Below are positions 37,974 to 52,121 of a stretch of DNA of 64,000 bases, piece after piece; position 1 is the stretch's first letter, and the number at the start of each line of letters is the position of its first letter. The stretch lies in the NCBI RefSeq assembly GCF_006345805.1, contig NC_043001.1, forward strand, positions 28,830,001 to 28,894,000, given 5' to 3'. The notes beneath the pieces are model-generated. The model did no database searches. It was not told where the DNA came from and worked only from the letters and a program-made list of their open reading frames with translations. Origin of the DNA: Octopus sinensis (Eukaryota). Both the position numbers and the translations under genes were made by a program.

Positions 37974-40900
37974 TGGGCCAACATACCAGCCAAATTGACT
38001 ACATCCTTGCCAGGCAAAGGGAGAGATGGCTACTTATAAATGCCAAAACCTTCCCAGGCGAAGAATGCACCCCACAACATAGACTGGTAGTTAGTGACTT
38101 TAGGATCAGGAGTAGGAGGACAACCAGAAGACGACCAACATAGAGAAGAAGGATCTGGAAGCTTAAGGATCCTGTGAATGGACAGAGATTTAGAGACATG
38201 TTACTTGAAGCCTTTGACGAAGTAGAAGGGGATAGTGTATCACATGGGGTAGAGGACAACTGGACGTTTCTAAGGGACAACCTGCTGAGAGCCACTGACC
38301 AGATCTGTGGCTGGTGCAAAGTCCCCTCTCGTCCCAAGGTAACGTGTGGTGGAACAGTGTCGTAGACAGGGCTATTAGAGAAAAGAGACAGACTTGGAAG
38401 CACTGGAAGAATGGTGGTAGCAGGAATTGTATCAGACTGCTAAAAGGGAAGCTAGGAGACAGGTCTATCTAGCCAGAGGGGAAGCAGATAAGAAAAATTT
38501 GCCAATGTTCTGCGCCGTGAGGACCAAAGACTGGAGGTGTTTCGCGTTGCAAGACAGTGTGTGAGAGAGAATTGTGATGTGGTGGGAGAGAAGTGTGTTT
38601 TGCATGAAGATGGTTCACTTGCGCTAAACGAGGATGCAAAGAGAGAGGCTTGGAGATGCCACTATGAAAGGTTGCTGAATAAAGAAAATGAATGGGATAA
38701 AGAGAGTCTGCCGAACGTTGACCCAACAGAGGGACCAGCTATCAGGTTGATAGTTCCTTAGTAGCTAAGGCAATTAGAAGCATGAAGACAGGGAAAGCCC
38801 CAGGCCCATCAGGTATCACTGCAGAGATGCTCAAAATATCTGGTAGTGTCGGCTATAGCCTAGTCACCTGTATAGTTAATCAGGTGATACATGAAGGAGT
38901 CATACCCAATGACTGGTGTAGCAGCATAATATAGTCAACTGCTACAAAGGTAAAGGTGATGCCCTAGATACAAATAATTACAGAGGTATCAAGCTGTTGG
39001 ATCAGGTGATGAAGGTTACAGAGAGGGTCATAAGCCAACTAATTAGAGAGAGAGTTAGTTTAGATGAGATGCAGTTTGGTTTCGTGCCAGGGAAAAGTAC
39101 CACTGATGCTATATTCCTGGTAAGGCAGCTGCAAGAGAAATACCTAGCCAAAGATAAGGCCCTGTACCTGGCTTTTGTTGACATGGAGAAAGCCTTCGAC
39201 AGGGTCCCCCGATCCCTCATATGGTGGTCAATGAGGAAACTAGGAATAGAAGAATGGTTAGTGAGAGCTGTGCAAGCCATGTACAGGGACGCTGCTAGTA
39301 AGGTGAGGGTTGGAAATGAGTACAGTGAAGAATTCCGGGTAGAGGTAGGGGTCCACCAAGGCTCAGTCCTCAGCCCCCTCCTATTTATCATAGTCCTCCA
39401 GGCAATAACGGAGGAATTCAAGACAGGATGCCCCTGGGAGCTCCTCTATGCTGATGACCTTGCTCTTATTGCTGAGTCATTATCAGAACTGGAGAAGAAG
39501 TTTCAGGTGTGGAAGCATGGTTTAGAATCGAAGGGCCTTAGAGTCAACCTAGCTAAAACCAAGTCCTAATAAGTAGGAAGGTAGACAAATCACAAACGCC
39601 TTCAGGTAGATGGCCCTGCTCGATCTGTAGAAAAGGTGTAGGTAGAAACTCTATAAGATGCACCAAGTGTAAGCTATGGACACATAAGAGGTGCAGCAAT
39701 GTCATAGGAAGGCTAACTAGGAGAATGTTTTTGTATGTGGCAGATGCTCGGGAGCATTAACCTCTGAAAATCTGCAGAAAACAACTTCCGTCACTTTCCA
39801 GGGGGAAAACTAGAAGTAGTTGATAGCTTCCGTTATCTTGGTGACCAAGTCAGTAGTGGGGGTGGGTGTGCTGAAAGTGTAACGGCTAGAGTAAGAATAG
39901 CCTGGGCAAAGTTTAGGGAGCTCTTACCTCTGTTGGTGACTAAAGGCCTCTCGCTCAGAGTAAAAGGCAGACTGTATGATGCATGTGTACGAACAGCCAT
40001 GCTACATGGCAGTGAAACATGGGCCGTGACTGCTGAGGACATGCGTAAGCTCACGAGAAATGAAGCTAGTATGCTCCGTTGGATGTGTAATGTCAGTGTT
40101 CATAGTCGACAGAGTGTAAGTACCTTGAGAGAAAAGTTGGACCTAAGAGGAATCAGATGTTGTGTGCAAGAGAGACGATTGCGCTGGTATGGTCATGTGG
40201 TGAGAATGGATGAAGATAGGTGTGTGAAAAGTGCCACACCCTGGCAGTTGAGGGGACCTGTGGAAGAGGTAGACCCAGGAAAACCTGGGTCGAGGTGGTG
40301 AAGCACGACCTTCGAACTCTAGGTCTCACCAAGGAAATGACCAGAGACCGAGACCTATGGAAGTATGCTGTGCGTGAGAAGACCCGGCAAGACCAGTGAG
40401 AACAATCAAAATCAAATCATATATCAGAAAGCAGGGGTTAAGTGACCCATCTGTTCGTGTCCGCTGTCAGCCTCATCTGGCACCCTTGCCGGTGATACGT
40501 AAAAGCACCATTCGCTCATGGCCGTTTGCCAGCTCTGCCTGGCCCCCGTGTCGGTGGCACGTAAAAGCACCATCCGTTCGTGTTCGTTTCCAACCTCGCC
40601 TGGCCCCGTGCCGGTGACACGTAAAAGCACCGTCCGTTCGTGGCCGTTGGCCAGCTCTGTCTGGCCCCGTGTCGGTGGAACGTAAAAGCACCATCCGTTC
40701 GTGGCCGTTTGCCAGCTCTGTCTGGCCCCGTGTCGGTGGCACGTAAAAGCACCATCCGTCCGTGTCCGTTGCCAGCCTCGGCTGTCCCCCGTGCCGGTGA
40801 CACGTAAAAGTACCGTCCGCTCGTGGCCGTTTGCCAGCTCTGTCTGGCAACCGTGTCGGTGGCACGTAAAAGCACCATCTGTTCGCGTCCGTTGCCAGCC

Positions 40901-41290
40901 TCGGCTGGCCCCCGTGCCGGTGACACGTAAAAGCACCATCCGTTCGTGGCCGGTTGCCAGCTCTGTCTGGCCCTGTGTTGGTGGCACGTAAAAGCACCAT
41001 CCGTTCGTGTCCGTTGCCAGCATCGCCTGGCCCCGTGCCGGTGACACGTAAAAGCACCATCCGTTCGTGGCCGTTCGCCAGATCTGTCTGGCACTTGTGC
41101 TGGTGGCACGTAAAAAACACCCACTACACTCGCGGAGTGGTTGGCGTTAGGAAGGGCATCCAGCCGTAGAAACACTGCCAGATCTGACTGGGCCTGACGA
41201 AGCCTTCCAGCTTCACAGACCCCAGTTGACCCGTCCAACCCATGCTAGCATGGAAAACGGACGCTAAACGATGATGATGATGATGATGAT
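37974..41290 (+). mobile_element. 5'-truncated, frameshifted RTE LINE inserted in a SINE A
   Basis: Starts at the end of the APE domain (SQIDYIL), RT motifs in 38997-39569, C-terminus in 39933-40301, tandem ~60-bp 3' UTR repeats, (TGA)n tail. Confidence 0.93.
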
Positions 41291-41840
41291 ATATCGCTTG
41301 ACAACTGATGCTGGTGTGTTTACGTCCCCATAACTTAGCGGTTTGGCAAAAGAGACTGATGGAATAAGTACTAGGCTTACAAAGTCCTGGGGTGCTCCAG
41401 CATGGCCACAGTCAAACGACTGAAACATGTAAAAGAGTATATATACATAAATACACACACACAGGCACACATACACACACACACACACAACATACTTTTT
41501 TTTAGTCTCCATTTACCAAATCCATTCAAGAGGTTTTGCTTGGCCTAAAGTGATAGTAGAAGAGGTAGCATTCAGTGTGACTGAACCCAGAACCATGTGG
41601 TTAGGAATCACAGTTCTTACTACACAACCTTCCCTTGCACCTAAAAAGAAAAACTGACCTCAGTGGAATTTGAATTCAGAACATAAAGAGCCGGAAGAAA
41701 AACTGTTAAGAGTTTTTGATCTGCCATGGTAGCAATTATGTCTGTTCACACACATACATGGACATATCCTTTATTAATACTATTTTTGTCTTTTTAATCC
41801 ATTTTCTCATCCCTCCGCAGATAAGATTATTGTTATTGTA

Positions 41841-41913
<73 letters not shown>

Positions 41914-42012
41914 ACAACAACAACAAGAACAAGAACAAGAACAACAACAACAAATACTACTACTACCACCACCACTACCGCCGCCGCCGCCACTGCCGTC
42001 ACCACCACCACC

Positions 42013-42876
42013 ATCTTAAGAGAAAAGTTGGACCTAAGAAGCATCAGATGTGGTGTGCAAGAGAGATGACTGTGCTGGTATGGTCATGTGGCAAGAATGG
42101 ATGAGGATAGCTGCGTGTAAAAGTGTCACACACTAGCGGTTGAGGGAACCTGTGGAAGATGTAGACCTAGGAAGACCTGGGATGAAGTAGTGAAGCACGA
42201 CCTTCGAACATTAGGCCTCACCGAGGCAATGTCTAGTGATCGAGACCTTTGGAAATATGCTGTGCTTGAGAAGACCCGGCCTGCCAAGTGAGACCATAAT
42301 ATCGTGGCCTATGCCAGGGGTGTAACCAGCCCACTTATGCATACCTTTCCTTCATTGGACACTAAACTCTGCTTGCGAAGACCTGTTAAGGCAAGTGAAA
42401 TCGAAATCAAATTCGACGACTGGCATCCATGCTAGTGGAGCACTAAGAGAACCATCTGAGCATGATTGTTGCCAGAGCAGCTAACTGGCTTCTGTGCTGG
42501 TGGCATGTAAAAAGCACCATTCAAGCGTGATCATTACCAGCTTTGCCTTACTGGCACTTGTGCCAGTGACATGTGAAAAAACATTCGAGTGATGTTGTTG
42601 CCAGTGCTGCTGGACTGGCTCCTGTGCAAGTGGCATGTAAAAAACACCATTTGAGCATGGCCATTGCCAGTGCTGCCTGACTGGCCTTTGTGCTGGTGGC
42701 ACATAAAAGCACCCACTACACTCTCAGAGTGGTTGGTGTTAGGAAGGGCATCCAGCTGTAGAAACTGTGCCAGATCAAGATTGGAACCTGATGCAGCCAT
42801 CTGGTTGGCCAGTCCTCAGTCAAATCATCCAACCCATGCTAGCATAGAAAGCAGACGTTAAACAATGATGATGATG
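42013..42876 (+). mobile_element. RTE LINE 3' fragment
   Basis: LREKLDLRSIRCGVQER..WYGHV..GRPRKTW plus 3' UTR and TGA tail. Confidence 0.8.
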
Positions 42877-43205
42877 ATTCAGTGAAAGCTAAATACTTTA
42901 TTTTTGCATTGATGTAATTGAACTAATTGGGTATGGAAACGGCTGTAGGAATAAGAATTTAATATTATATTGATTTGAATATAAGTGGTTGGTGTCAGGA
43001 AGAGTATCCAGCTGTAGAAACCATGCAAAATCAGATTGAAGTCTGGTGAGCCCCTCAGCTTACCAGCCCTGGTCAAACTGTCCAACCCATGCCAGCATGG
43101 ACAATGGTTGTTAAATGATGATGATGATGATACATACATAAATACATACATACATACATGCATGCATGCATGCATACATATATACATACATACATATATA
43201 CATAC

Positions 43206-43278
<73 letters not shown>

Positions 43279-43285
43279 TACATAT

Positions 43286-44290
43286 CATCATCATCATCAT
43301 CATCATTTAGCGTCCGTTTTCCATGCTAGCATGGGTTGGACGGTTCAACTGGGGTCTGGGGAGCCCGAAGGCTGCACCAGGCCAGTCAGATCTGGCAGTG
43401 TTTCTACAGCTGGATGCCCTTCCTAACGCCAACCACTCCGAGAGTGTAGTGGGTGATTTTATGTGCCACCGACACAGGTGCCAGACGAGGCTGGCGAACG
43501 GCCACGCTCGGATGGTGTTTTTATGTGCCACCGACACAGGTGCCAGACGAGGCTGGCAGACGGCCACGCTCGGATGGTGTTTTTATGTGCCACCGACACA
43601 GGTGCCAGACGAGGCTGGCAGACGGCCACGCTCGGATGGTGTTTTTATGTGCCACCGACACAGGTGCCAGATGAGGCTGGCGGACGGCCACGATCGGATG
43701 GTGTTTGTTACGTCCCCAAAGCACGGAGGCCAGTCTATGCGGTACTGGCTACGGCCACGTTCGGATGATTTTCTTGTGTGCCACCAGCACTGGTACCACA
43801 AAGATACAAATTCCATTGATGTTCATCTATTTTGATTTGTTTTGATTTTCACTTGCCTCAACAGGTCTTCACAAGTGTCACAAGAAGGAAGGTATGCACA
43901 GGTGGACTGACTACGTCCCAGGTAGGGGCCACGGGTTATGGCCTGACTAGTCTTGCCGGGTCTTCGGATGGTGTTTTTATGTGCCACCGACACAGGTGCC
44001 AGATGAGGCTGGCGAATGGCCACGATCGGATGGTGTTTGTTACGTGCCCACAGCACGGAGGCCAGTCGATGCGGTACTGGCTACGGCCACGTTCGGATGG
44101 TTTTCTTGTGTGCCACCGGCACTGGTACCACAAAGATACAAATTCCATTGATGTTCATCTATTTTGATTTGTTTTGATTTGATTTGATTTGATTTTCACT
44201 TGCCTCAACAGGTCTTCACAGGTCTTCACAAGTGTCACAAGAAGGAAGGAAGGTATGCACAGGTGGACTGACTACGTCCCAGGTAGGGGC
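43286..44290 (-). mobile_element. RTE 3' UTR fragment with internal tandem duplication
   Basis: (ATC)n tail, ~60-bp repeats, and a ~330-bp block present twice (about 43640-43930 and 43965-44290). Confidence 0.75.
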
Positions 44291-45164
44291 CCCTATATAT
44301 ATGAGTTTTCATACAGTTTCTGTCTATCAAGTTCACTCACAAGGCATTTTTCAGCTCAAGGCTATAGTCATCTATCCAAGGTGCAACAACTTGGGTAGTC
44401 ACTACCCAAGGTGGGACTGAACCTGAAACAATGTGGTTGCAAAGCAACGTCCTTAACTAGTCACACAGCCATGCTTGCACCTGTCTCTAAATTAGAAGCA
44501 ATTATACAATGTAGTGTTGCATACCCTTAACAAAAACAAGTGGGTCATTGCTGAAATGCATTTAATTATGGGTCTGTTTGATCAGGGTTGACATAGGGTT
44601 AAACAGCAATAGTTAATTACAAGGCAAATACAAGGAAGCCTCTGAGTGTTTGCTCAATTTGCTTGAAATAGCAGCTAAAACTCTCTCAAACTACACCATA
44701 TCTTTAAGGGAAGGACACATTGGACAATGTAATACTAGGTGTATTATATCAAAAAAAGATAGGATGGTCATTGTGACCCTGATCAAAAGCTTGTTTGTTC
44801 TCAACAACATCAACATGGGAAACAGCAACTATGCATGTATAAAAATCAATTCCATTGATGACAAAGATGAAGTGGGTGAAATAAGAAATCAATATTTTAT
44901 TTCCAGCAAATATAATTGATTTGATTTTCCTACTAGGAAATATCCAACAGTCATTGATTAGTTTCTATTGATTTCACAGGGAAAGTTTTCTCTAGACCCT
45001 TAGGAGGATTTGAAATTAATACTGAAATTTAAAACATATTAATATGTATGATGTACTACAGTAAATGTTTGGTGAAGGAAGGTCTACCCAGCATGGACCC
45101 AACAGAAAGATGAGCCATTCAAGTAGACAGCAGTATGGCAGATAAAGTAAATAAAGTTGTAGGC

Positions 45165-45575
45165 GTAGGGGTGGCTGTGTGGTAAGTAGCTTGCTTATGA
45201 ACCACATGGTTCCGGGTTCAATCCTACTGCATGGCACCTTGGGCAAGTGTCTACTATAGCCTCGGGCCGATCAAAGCCTTGTGAGTGAATTTGGTAGACG
45301 GAAACTGAAAGAAGGCTGTCGTATATATGTATATATGTGTGTGTGTGTGTGTGTTTGTGTGTCTGTGTTTGTCCCCCCAACATTGCTTGACAACCGATGC
45401 TGGTGTGTTTATGTCCCTGTAACCTAGCAGTTTGGCAAAAAGAGACCAATAGAATAAGTACTAGGCTTACAAAGAATAAGTCCTGGGGTCCATTTGCTCA
45501 ACTAAAGGCAGTGCTCCAGCATGGCCACAGTCACATGACTGAAACAAGTAAAAGAGAGTAAAAGATATGAAAGTA
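45165..45575 (+). mobile_element. SINE family A copy
   Basis: Full-length match. Confidence 0.8.
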
Positions 45576-45829
45576 AAAAAAAAACAAAAAACCTTTTGTT
45601 CATCAGGTATTACTGCCAAGATTGTTAGAATATATGTATTATGTGCTACAGTAATATATGTATGATATTCTATAGCTAGAATAGAAGCTAGGTGACTGGT
45701 GTACTCAACTAGGGGAGAAGTAGAATTTGAGAGGTTTACCAATGTTCTTGAAGATCAGAGGAATGAAGTGCCTTGGATTGCAAAGCAGTGTATCAGAGAG
45801 AATTGAGACATTGTTGGCGAGAAGCATTC

Positions 45830-46270
45830 ATCATCATCATCATCATCATCGTTTAACGTCCACTTTCCATGCTAGCATGGGTTGGACAATTTGACTGTGG
45901 ACTGGCGAACCAGATGGCTGCACCAGGCTTCAATCTTGATCTGGCAGATTCTCTACAGCTGGATGCTTTTCCTAACGCCAACCACTCTGAGAGTGTAGTG
46001 GGTGCTTTTACATGCCACCGGCATGGGGCCAGTCAGAAGGTACTGGCAACGACCTCACTCAAATCTTTTACACATGCCACCGGCACAGGTGCCAGTAAAG
46101 CGATGCTGGTAATGATCATGCTCAAATAGTGTCTTTTACGTGCCACCGGCACAGAGGCTAGATTGCTGCTCTGGCAATGATCACACTTGGATGGTGCTCT
46201 TAATACCCTACAAGCACGGGGCTCGAGTGCCAGTAAGGTGACGCTGGTAACGATCACACTCGAATGGTCC
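45830..46270 (-). mobile_element. RTE 3' UTR fragment
   Basis: (ATC)n tail plus the conserved GGATGC..CCTAACGCCAACCACTC motif. Confidence 0.7.
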
Positions 46271-47036
46271 TAGATTGATAATGCTTCCCCTGGACCTAGT
46301 GATCCTGAAATGAAAGAGGCAAGGTAATGCTAATATGAAAGGCTATTAGATATGAAGAATGCGTTAAAGAAAGCAGGTTTTCCCAGCATTTGCCCAATAG
46401 CAGTAGCAGTATGATGGATGAAGCAAATAAACATATGAAAGCAGAAAAGTCTCTGGTCCATCTGAACCACTTCTGTTATCACCCCTCACTTATCCCACCT
46501 TTATTTCAAAACCAACCTCTACCTTTGCCTATTATTTCCCCTCTCCTTGTCCATTCTGGTTTTTTTTATGCCATCGTTCTTTCTTTTCTTACACTCCCGT
46601 TCCCCTCCTCTGTCATCCAGGCAAATGTACACACTCTAATTTATTGAGCATTCTGTATGCCTACAACTTATTCTTCTATCCTCATCCTTCAAATAACCAC
46701 ATTCTCTTTCCAAATCTATGTTTATTGTGTCCATCCCACCTTCTTTTCACAGTGTTAAATGATTGGTTAAATGAGTAAAGAAAGTGTAGGATTACAAGAT
46801 CCTTATAGCTCTGTTTCATCAAGGACTATTGAACCTCACAAGTGTAAATGCCATAAGAAAATGCACCCAGTATGCTCTGTAAAGTGGCTGGCATTAGGAA
46901 GGGCATCCAGCTGTAAAAACAAAATAAAATTATACACATAAGCACTTAGTCTTTGGAAGCAGTAGCTCTTAAAGGGAGGCAACTCAGAACTGTGATGACT
47001 TGTCTAACACATGCCAGCATGGAAGTGGATGCAGAA

Positions 47037-47067
<31 letters not shown>

Positions 47068-47216
47068 CAACGATGATGACAACGACGACAACAAAAGCAT
47101 GCATATACATGTGAAAGGCTGTTGATCACATAAAATTATGAATTTTAAATTCAACTTTCGATCTCATCCAAGCCATGGAAGTATTGATAAAAAAGGACAT
47201 AAAAATGATGATAAGA

Positions 47217-47267
<51 letters not shown>

Positions 47268-48049
47268 TTGATGGTGATGACGACGATGATGACAACAACG
47301 GCAATGATGACATTCATCAATTATAAATCTCTAGACACTTTTTAAGCAATGAACTGAAACCACCTCCTCTCGAGTCTATTTTCAGTTAATCACTCAAGCA
47401 GCAGGAGTTAAATTGATTTATCAAGGTTTCAGTACCATACCGTAAACTCTTTTGATCAACTAGAAGTAGTGGACCCTTCACATGTATTCAAATCTGAAAA
47501 CTTCCAGCTGACAAGGTCTCTAAAAAGTAAAAAAAAAAACCTGTATATAAAATAAACTTATAAGCTTTTGTATCAAAGTCGTAACTTAATTAATATAAGT
47601 TGCATTATTCATACGAATTCTTACAATTAAAGATCATTGTTTTGTTTAATTAGATGTGTTCCCACAGGATCTTACGCAATTGATGCTAAAAAGATATCCC
47701 ATTCCTGCTTCACACAGTAAAGTTTGTACTAACACTTTTTTTTATTGTTTGGTGATATCTCACTAAGGCAGTACCTATGACCTTTTATGGGGCCTCCAAG
47801 AATGGTGAGGGGAATGAAGGAAGGTATCTTCAAATCAGGGACCTGAACTAAGTGCTTGCAACTGATGAGACTCCACTAATGACAACGAGTGATGGATTAG
47901 GGTTTACCACCAAAGTAGGCCACAGAGGGATTTGAACCCAGAACACAAAGCTATGAAACAAATACTGTCTGGCATCTGGTCTGATGTTCTTACAGTTCCA
48001 TAAACCCATCCTGCAGGATTGATCCTTTGTTGTTACATCCCTGGTGTAA

Positions 48050-48600
48050 ATATTTAATGGAATGAAAAGTAGGGAGTTGACAGAATGGCTAGCATGCTAA
48101 CTCTAACACCAGTCCTCGGAATACCTAATCTCTCACACTGTACCCCAAATTAGCCAATACAGTAGCAATAACACAACGTTTAGTAGCCGCAGTAGCAGTT
48201 AAATAATACCAGACTCAAGCCATCAGTCCACAATTCTACCTAAGCGACAACAAATATTAGCTGCAATACCACCTCCCAATCCAATACAAATGCAGATTGC
48301 GCTTCAGGTTCTCCCCCACTAACAATGAACCGATGGAGCTCAACCTCACTAGCAGTAAACTCCAACCAAGGAGCAGGTAGGAAAACTTGCAATTGTCAGG
48401 TTTCTCAACCATGCTCACTTGGAAGCTCCTGTCAGTGTAAAAGCATAGTTTACAAATGCTGTGTTATAACACCATGTTCCCACCAAGCAAGGGTATATAT
48501 TGGCTGCACTGTAGATTTCAAGCACCACTACTGTGCACACGTGAACTCTTTCTCCATTCCAAATTCTAAATTATTGATTGAAACAAATAGAAGATAAAAG
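48050..48600 (+). mobile_element. Penelope-like GIY-YIG endonuclease relic
   Basis: ORF 48325-48597: CNCQ..CSL.SSC..SIVYKC..VYIGCTVDFKHHYCAH.NSF, the Cys-rich linker and GIY-YIG pattern of PLEs. Confidence 0.7.
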
Positions 48601-48619
48601 ATATAAGATATATGTCTAT

Positions 48620-49985
48620 CTGTGTGGGTCCATCCAATTATGTCATTGTCTAGAATTATCTGCACAAAATGTTTGACTGCTTTTTAATCCTAGCAAAACA
48701 AAGATCATTGCTCACAATCATAAAGCATCCATCACAACATCAGATCATTGCTCACAATCAAAAAGGATCCATCACAACATCAGATCATTGCTTGCAGTCA
48801 AAAAGGATTCATCACAACATCAGATCATTGCTCACAATCAAAAAGGATCTATCACAACATCAGATCATTGCTCACAATCAAAAAGGATCCATCACAACAT
48901 CAGATCATTGCTCACAATCAAAAAGGATCCATCACAACATCAGATCATTGCTCACAATCAAAAAGCATCCATCACAACATCAGATCATTGCTCACAGTCA
49001 AAAAGGATCAATAACAACATCAGATCATTGCTCACAATCAAAAAGGATCCACCACAACATCAGATCATTGCTCACAATCATAAAGCATCCATCACAACAT
49101 CAGATCATTGCTCACAATCAAAAAGGATCCATCACAACATCAGATCATTGCTCACAATCAAAAAGCATCCATCACAACATCAGATCATTGCTCACAATCA
49201 AAAAGGATCCACCACAACATCAGATCATTGCTCACAATCAAAAAGGATCCACCACAACATCAGATCATTGCTCACAATCAAAAAGGATCCACCACAACAT
49301 CAGATCATTGCTCACAGTCAAAAAGGATCAATAACAACATCAGATCATTGCTCACAATCAAAAAGGATCAATAACAACATCAGATCATTGCTCACAATCA
49401 AAAAGGATCCATCATCACATCAGAAAAGAGCCAATCAATCAAGTTGATGATTTCACATACTTTGGTTCTGAGATTATCTCAAATGAAAAAAGATGTAAAA
49501 ACTTGAATTGCAAAAAGCATGGTTGGCCCTGAACAAACTGGATATTGTTAGGAAAACAACCCTGTCAGACAACCTTAAGAGGAATTCTTTCCATGCAATA
49601 CTAGAGTCAGTCCTTTTATATGGAATAGCAGCCTTGATCCATACCAAAAAAACTGGAATCCAATCTAGATACAACTTACAGCTGAATGTTAAAAGCAATC
49701 TTAAACATATATTGGAAAACTCATCCAACCAAGAAACAGATGTATGGAGATCTTCTGCCTGTTTCCACTATTATGAGGGAAAAGCACTTGGGCATTGGAG
49801 GACATTGATGGTGAGCTAAACAAGAGCTGGCTGTACTTGAGTAGGTCATCTGAACACAACATATATAGATCAACTCACCAGAGACACTAAATGCTCCCTG
49901 GAGACCTCCTTCAACTAATGCAGATGGAGATGGATAGCGTGCTTGGGTTAAAAACGTCTAAGCAAGCTTGACCAGATGATGATGC
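48620..49985 (+). mobile_element. Degenerate RTE-clade LINE fragment (second family) containing a minisatellite
   Basis: NPSKTKIIAHNQKGS..QVDDFTYFGS..KAWLALNKL..ESVLLYG. Confidence 0.7.
48701..49415. repeat. 40-bp minisatellite, ~18 copies
   Basis: Unit CAGATCATTGCTCACAATCAAAAAGGATCCATCACAACAT, exact 40-bp period, no spacers. Confidence 0.97.
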
Positions 49986-51657
49986 TATGTCCGTCTTTGG
50001 TTTGTTTATGTCCCCAGGACTATGTAAATTAGTCTGCACATCATTAGATATGGGAACTCAGAGAGTGGCTCAATGGTTTATTGTGTTCGTTTAATTTTGT
50101 GTAAAATGCTGAAGATTAGCAATTGATGGAAATTTTTGGAAAGAAATTTTTTGTTGTTGTTAAACTCGCAAGTCAATCCTAATTGAGCAGATATGTTTTG
50201 AAAGACATTCCAGTCATGGCCACCTCACTTTTTGTATATCAGAATCATATTCTTGAATGCGACCTTCCTGTTTCAAGATGTTAGGCATTATCTGAGAAAG
50301 ATTTGACTGTTATGTTTGGAAGATAGCTGACCACATAGACGCTTCGATGATGATGTGACAAAGCTATTTCTTGGTATGATATGGAAAGATGATGAAGTGA
50401 CAAGAAGCAGAAAGATAACAAAATAGGATAATTATGGCTAAGTGCAGGGCTGGACAAGAGGATCCACAACTACTTTGAAGAGCTACCTTATAAAGTACTG
50501 TTATAGCTTATAAATCAAATACAATTGTATTGAACCAATCCATGGTTGTGGAGATGACTGCATGGTTAAAAAATTCTCTCTACAACTACATGGCTTTTTT
50601 TGCTCCTGCTGTCCAACATCTTCCATCATAGCCTCCAGTTGATCAAAGCCTCCAAAGTGAAATTTTGTAAATGAAACTTCATGGAAGGCCATAAGTGGAT
50701 ATTTCTTCATTTTGGGGAGTAGACTTACCTTCTAGTTTGTATTAGACTGTCATCCCATTTAATACAAGCACCTGACTCTTTGTTGCCTTTAGTGGAATCC
50801 ACTCTGTTGCAAACATTCTGGTCTGTGAATAACTTCTCTTGACACCATATTCAGAGATCCTGAAAAGGGTCATGGATTTTTTTCTCAACCCTGATTCAGC
50901 TATTAAAAAATCTAGAGTCTAGCATAGAAGCATACTGTTAATTTAGACTGTAGTATAGTGATTTAGTGCCAGTCTTGAGTATAATATGATAATGAGTCTA
51001 TCAGTTTTCATTAAAATAAGATGATAAAAATCGTTAAAATTGAATTTGGGATTTTAACTTCAAATTCCTATTCAGCAACATCTAATATTTTTTTAATATT
51101 TGAAATAATCTGGCAAAGTGATTAAACCCTAGATTAATTCAGTGGTTGTTATTGTGCTTGTAAAGGTTGTATGATAGGGGTGAAGCAATAGATACCAGTT
51201 ACCTTACATCCACCCTCATCTTATGGATACTGTAAATCTAATCAGTACTGATGCTTTGCTAAGCACTGTGTTGACTGAATCACATGTCATGAAAAAATTG
51301 AATAATTAAGAAATTGTTTATTCAAAAGACTAAGTGGTGGGGCCACTGGATTACTATTTAGTCATCACTGATCCCAGATCCATGGAGGTAGTACCTATGA
51401 AAGGCCCCAGTTATAGGGAAAAAAGTAGAAGATGGCCCTCTGATTTTAAAGCAGATAGGACTTGGTGGAAGGCTGATCTCTAAACATGTGTCACACAAGA
51501 TCCCTGGTGTGTAGATATGTCCTGATGTTACATGAACCAGCCCCCACTATTCAAGAGATAAAGAGGATCTGTGCCTCAGGAGTAAGCTTGGGAGGACAGG
51601 AGACTAGCAAAGTAAACTGTAACTAAACAGATTAAAGATAAAACTGTCTGATGTGAA

Positions 51658-51960
51658 ATCTATTATATAAAATCCGTTCTGTCTGTCTGTGTGTGTGTCT
51701 TCTAGGATCTCGGGCATCCTCCATCCGATTGTGCTCAAATTTGATATGTAGATACCGATGGTATTAGGGCATGTATAAATCTTGAAAAAATTGCAAAAAT
51801 CGATTCCAGGTGAGAATGTGATCGATAAAGCCGTGGGAACGTGCATTTGCATGTGCAAGTACATCAGCTGTTGTGATCGATACTACGCATATGCGAGGAA
51901 AATGCATGTGCAATTTGTGCAAAAAAAGTTGGCTTGCTTGAAATAATGCCACAAAATGCA
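51658..51960 (+). mobile_element. Helitron-like non-autonomous element, 5' part
   Basis: A|TCTATTATATAAAA start, CTGT microsatellite and CCGATT..AAATTTG block like the 29374 element. Confidence 0.45.
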
Positions 51961-52121
51961 GTATATTTAAGAGACCAAAAAAGTAAGATGCAAATGAGAT
52001 ATTTTCTTCAAACTTGGCATGACGGAAGGAAAGACTATTTGGTGGTCACAAAAAAGCACTCCCTGCTTTTCTCAAAGGGGAGGCCTATGTTGGACAAGTT
52101 GTTTTGAGAAAATTTGGTTTC

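Noticed and set aside
46274-46323. Possible 50-nt exon (AG..GTAAT) and a similar candidate near 47670-47718
   Set aside because: Splice-like dinucleotides only; no recognisable peptide or supporting exon chain.
48701-49415. CRISPR-like appearance of the 40-bp, ~61-bp and 361-bp repeats
   Set aside because: Head-to-tail repeats without unique spacers, no cas genes, eukaryotic context.
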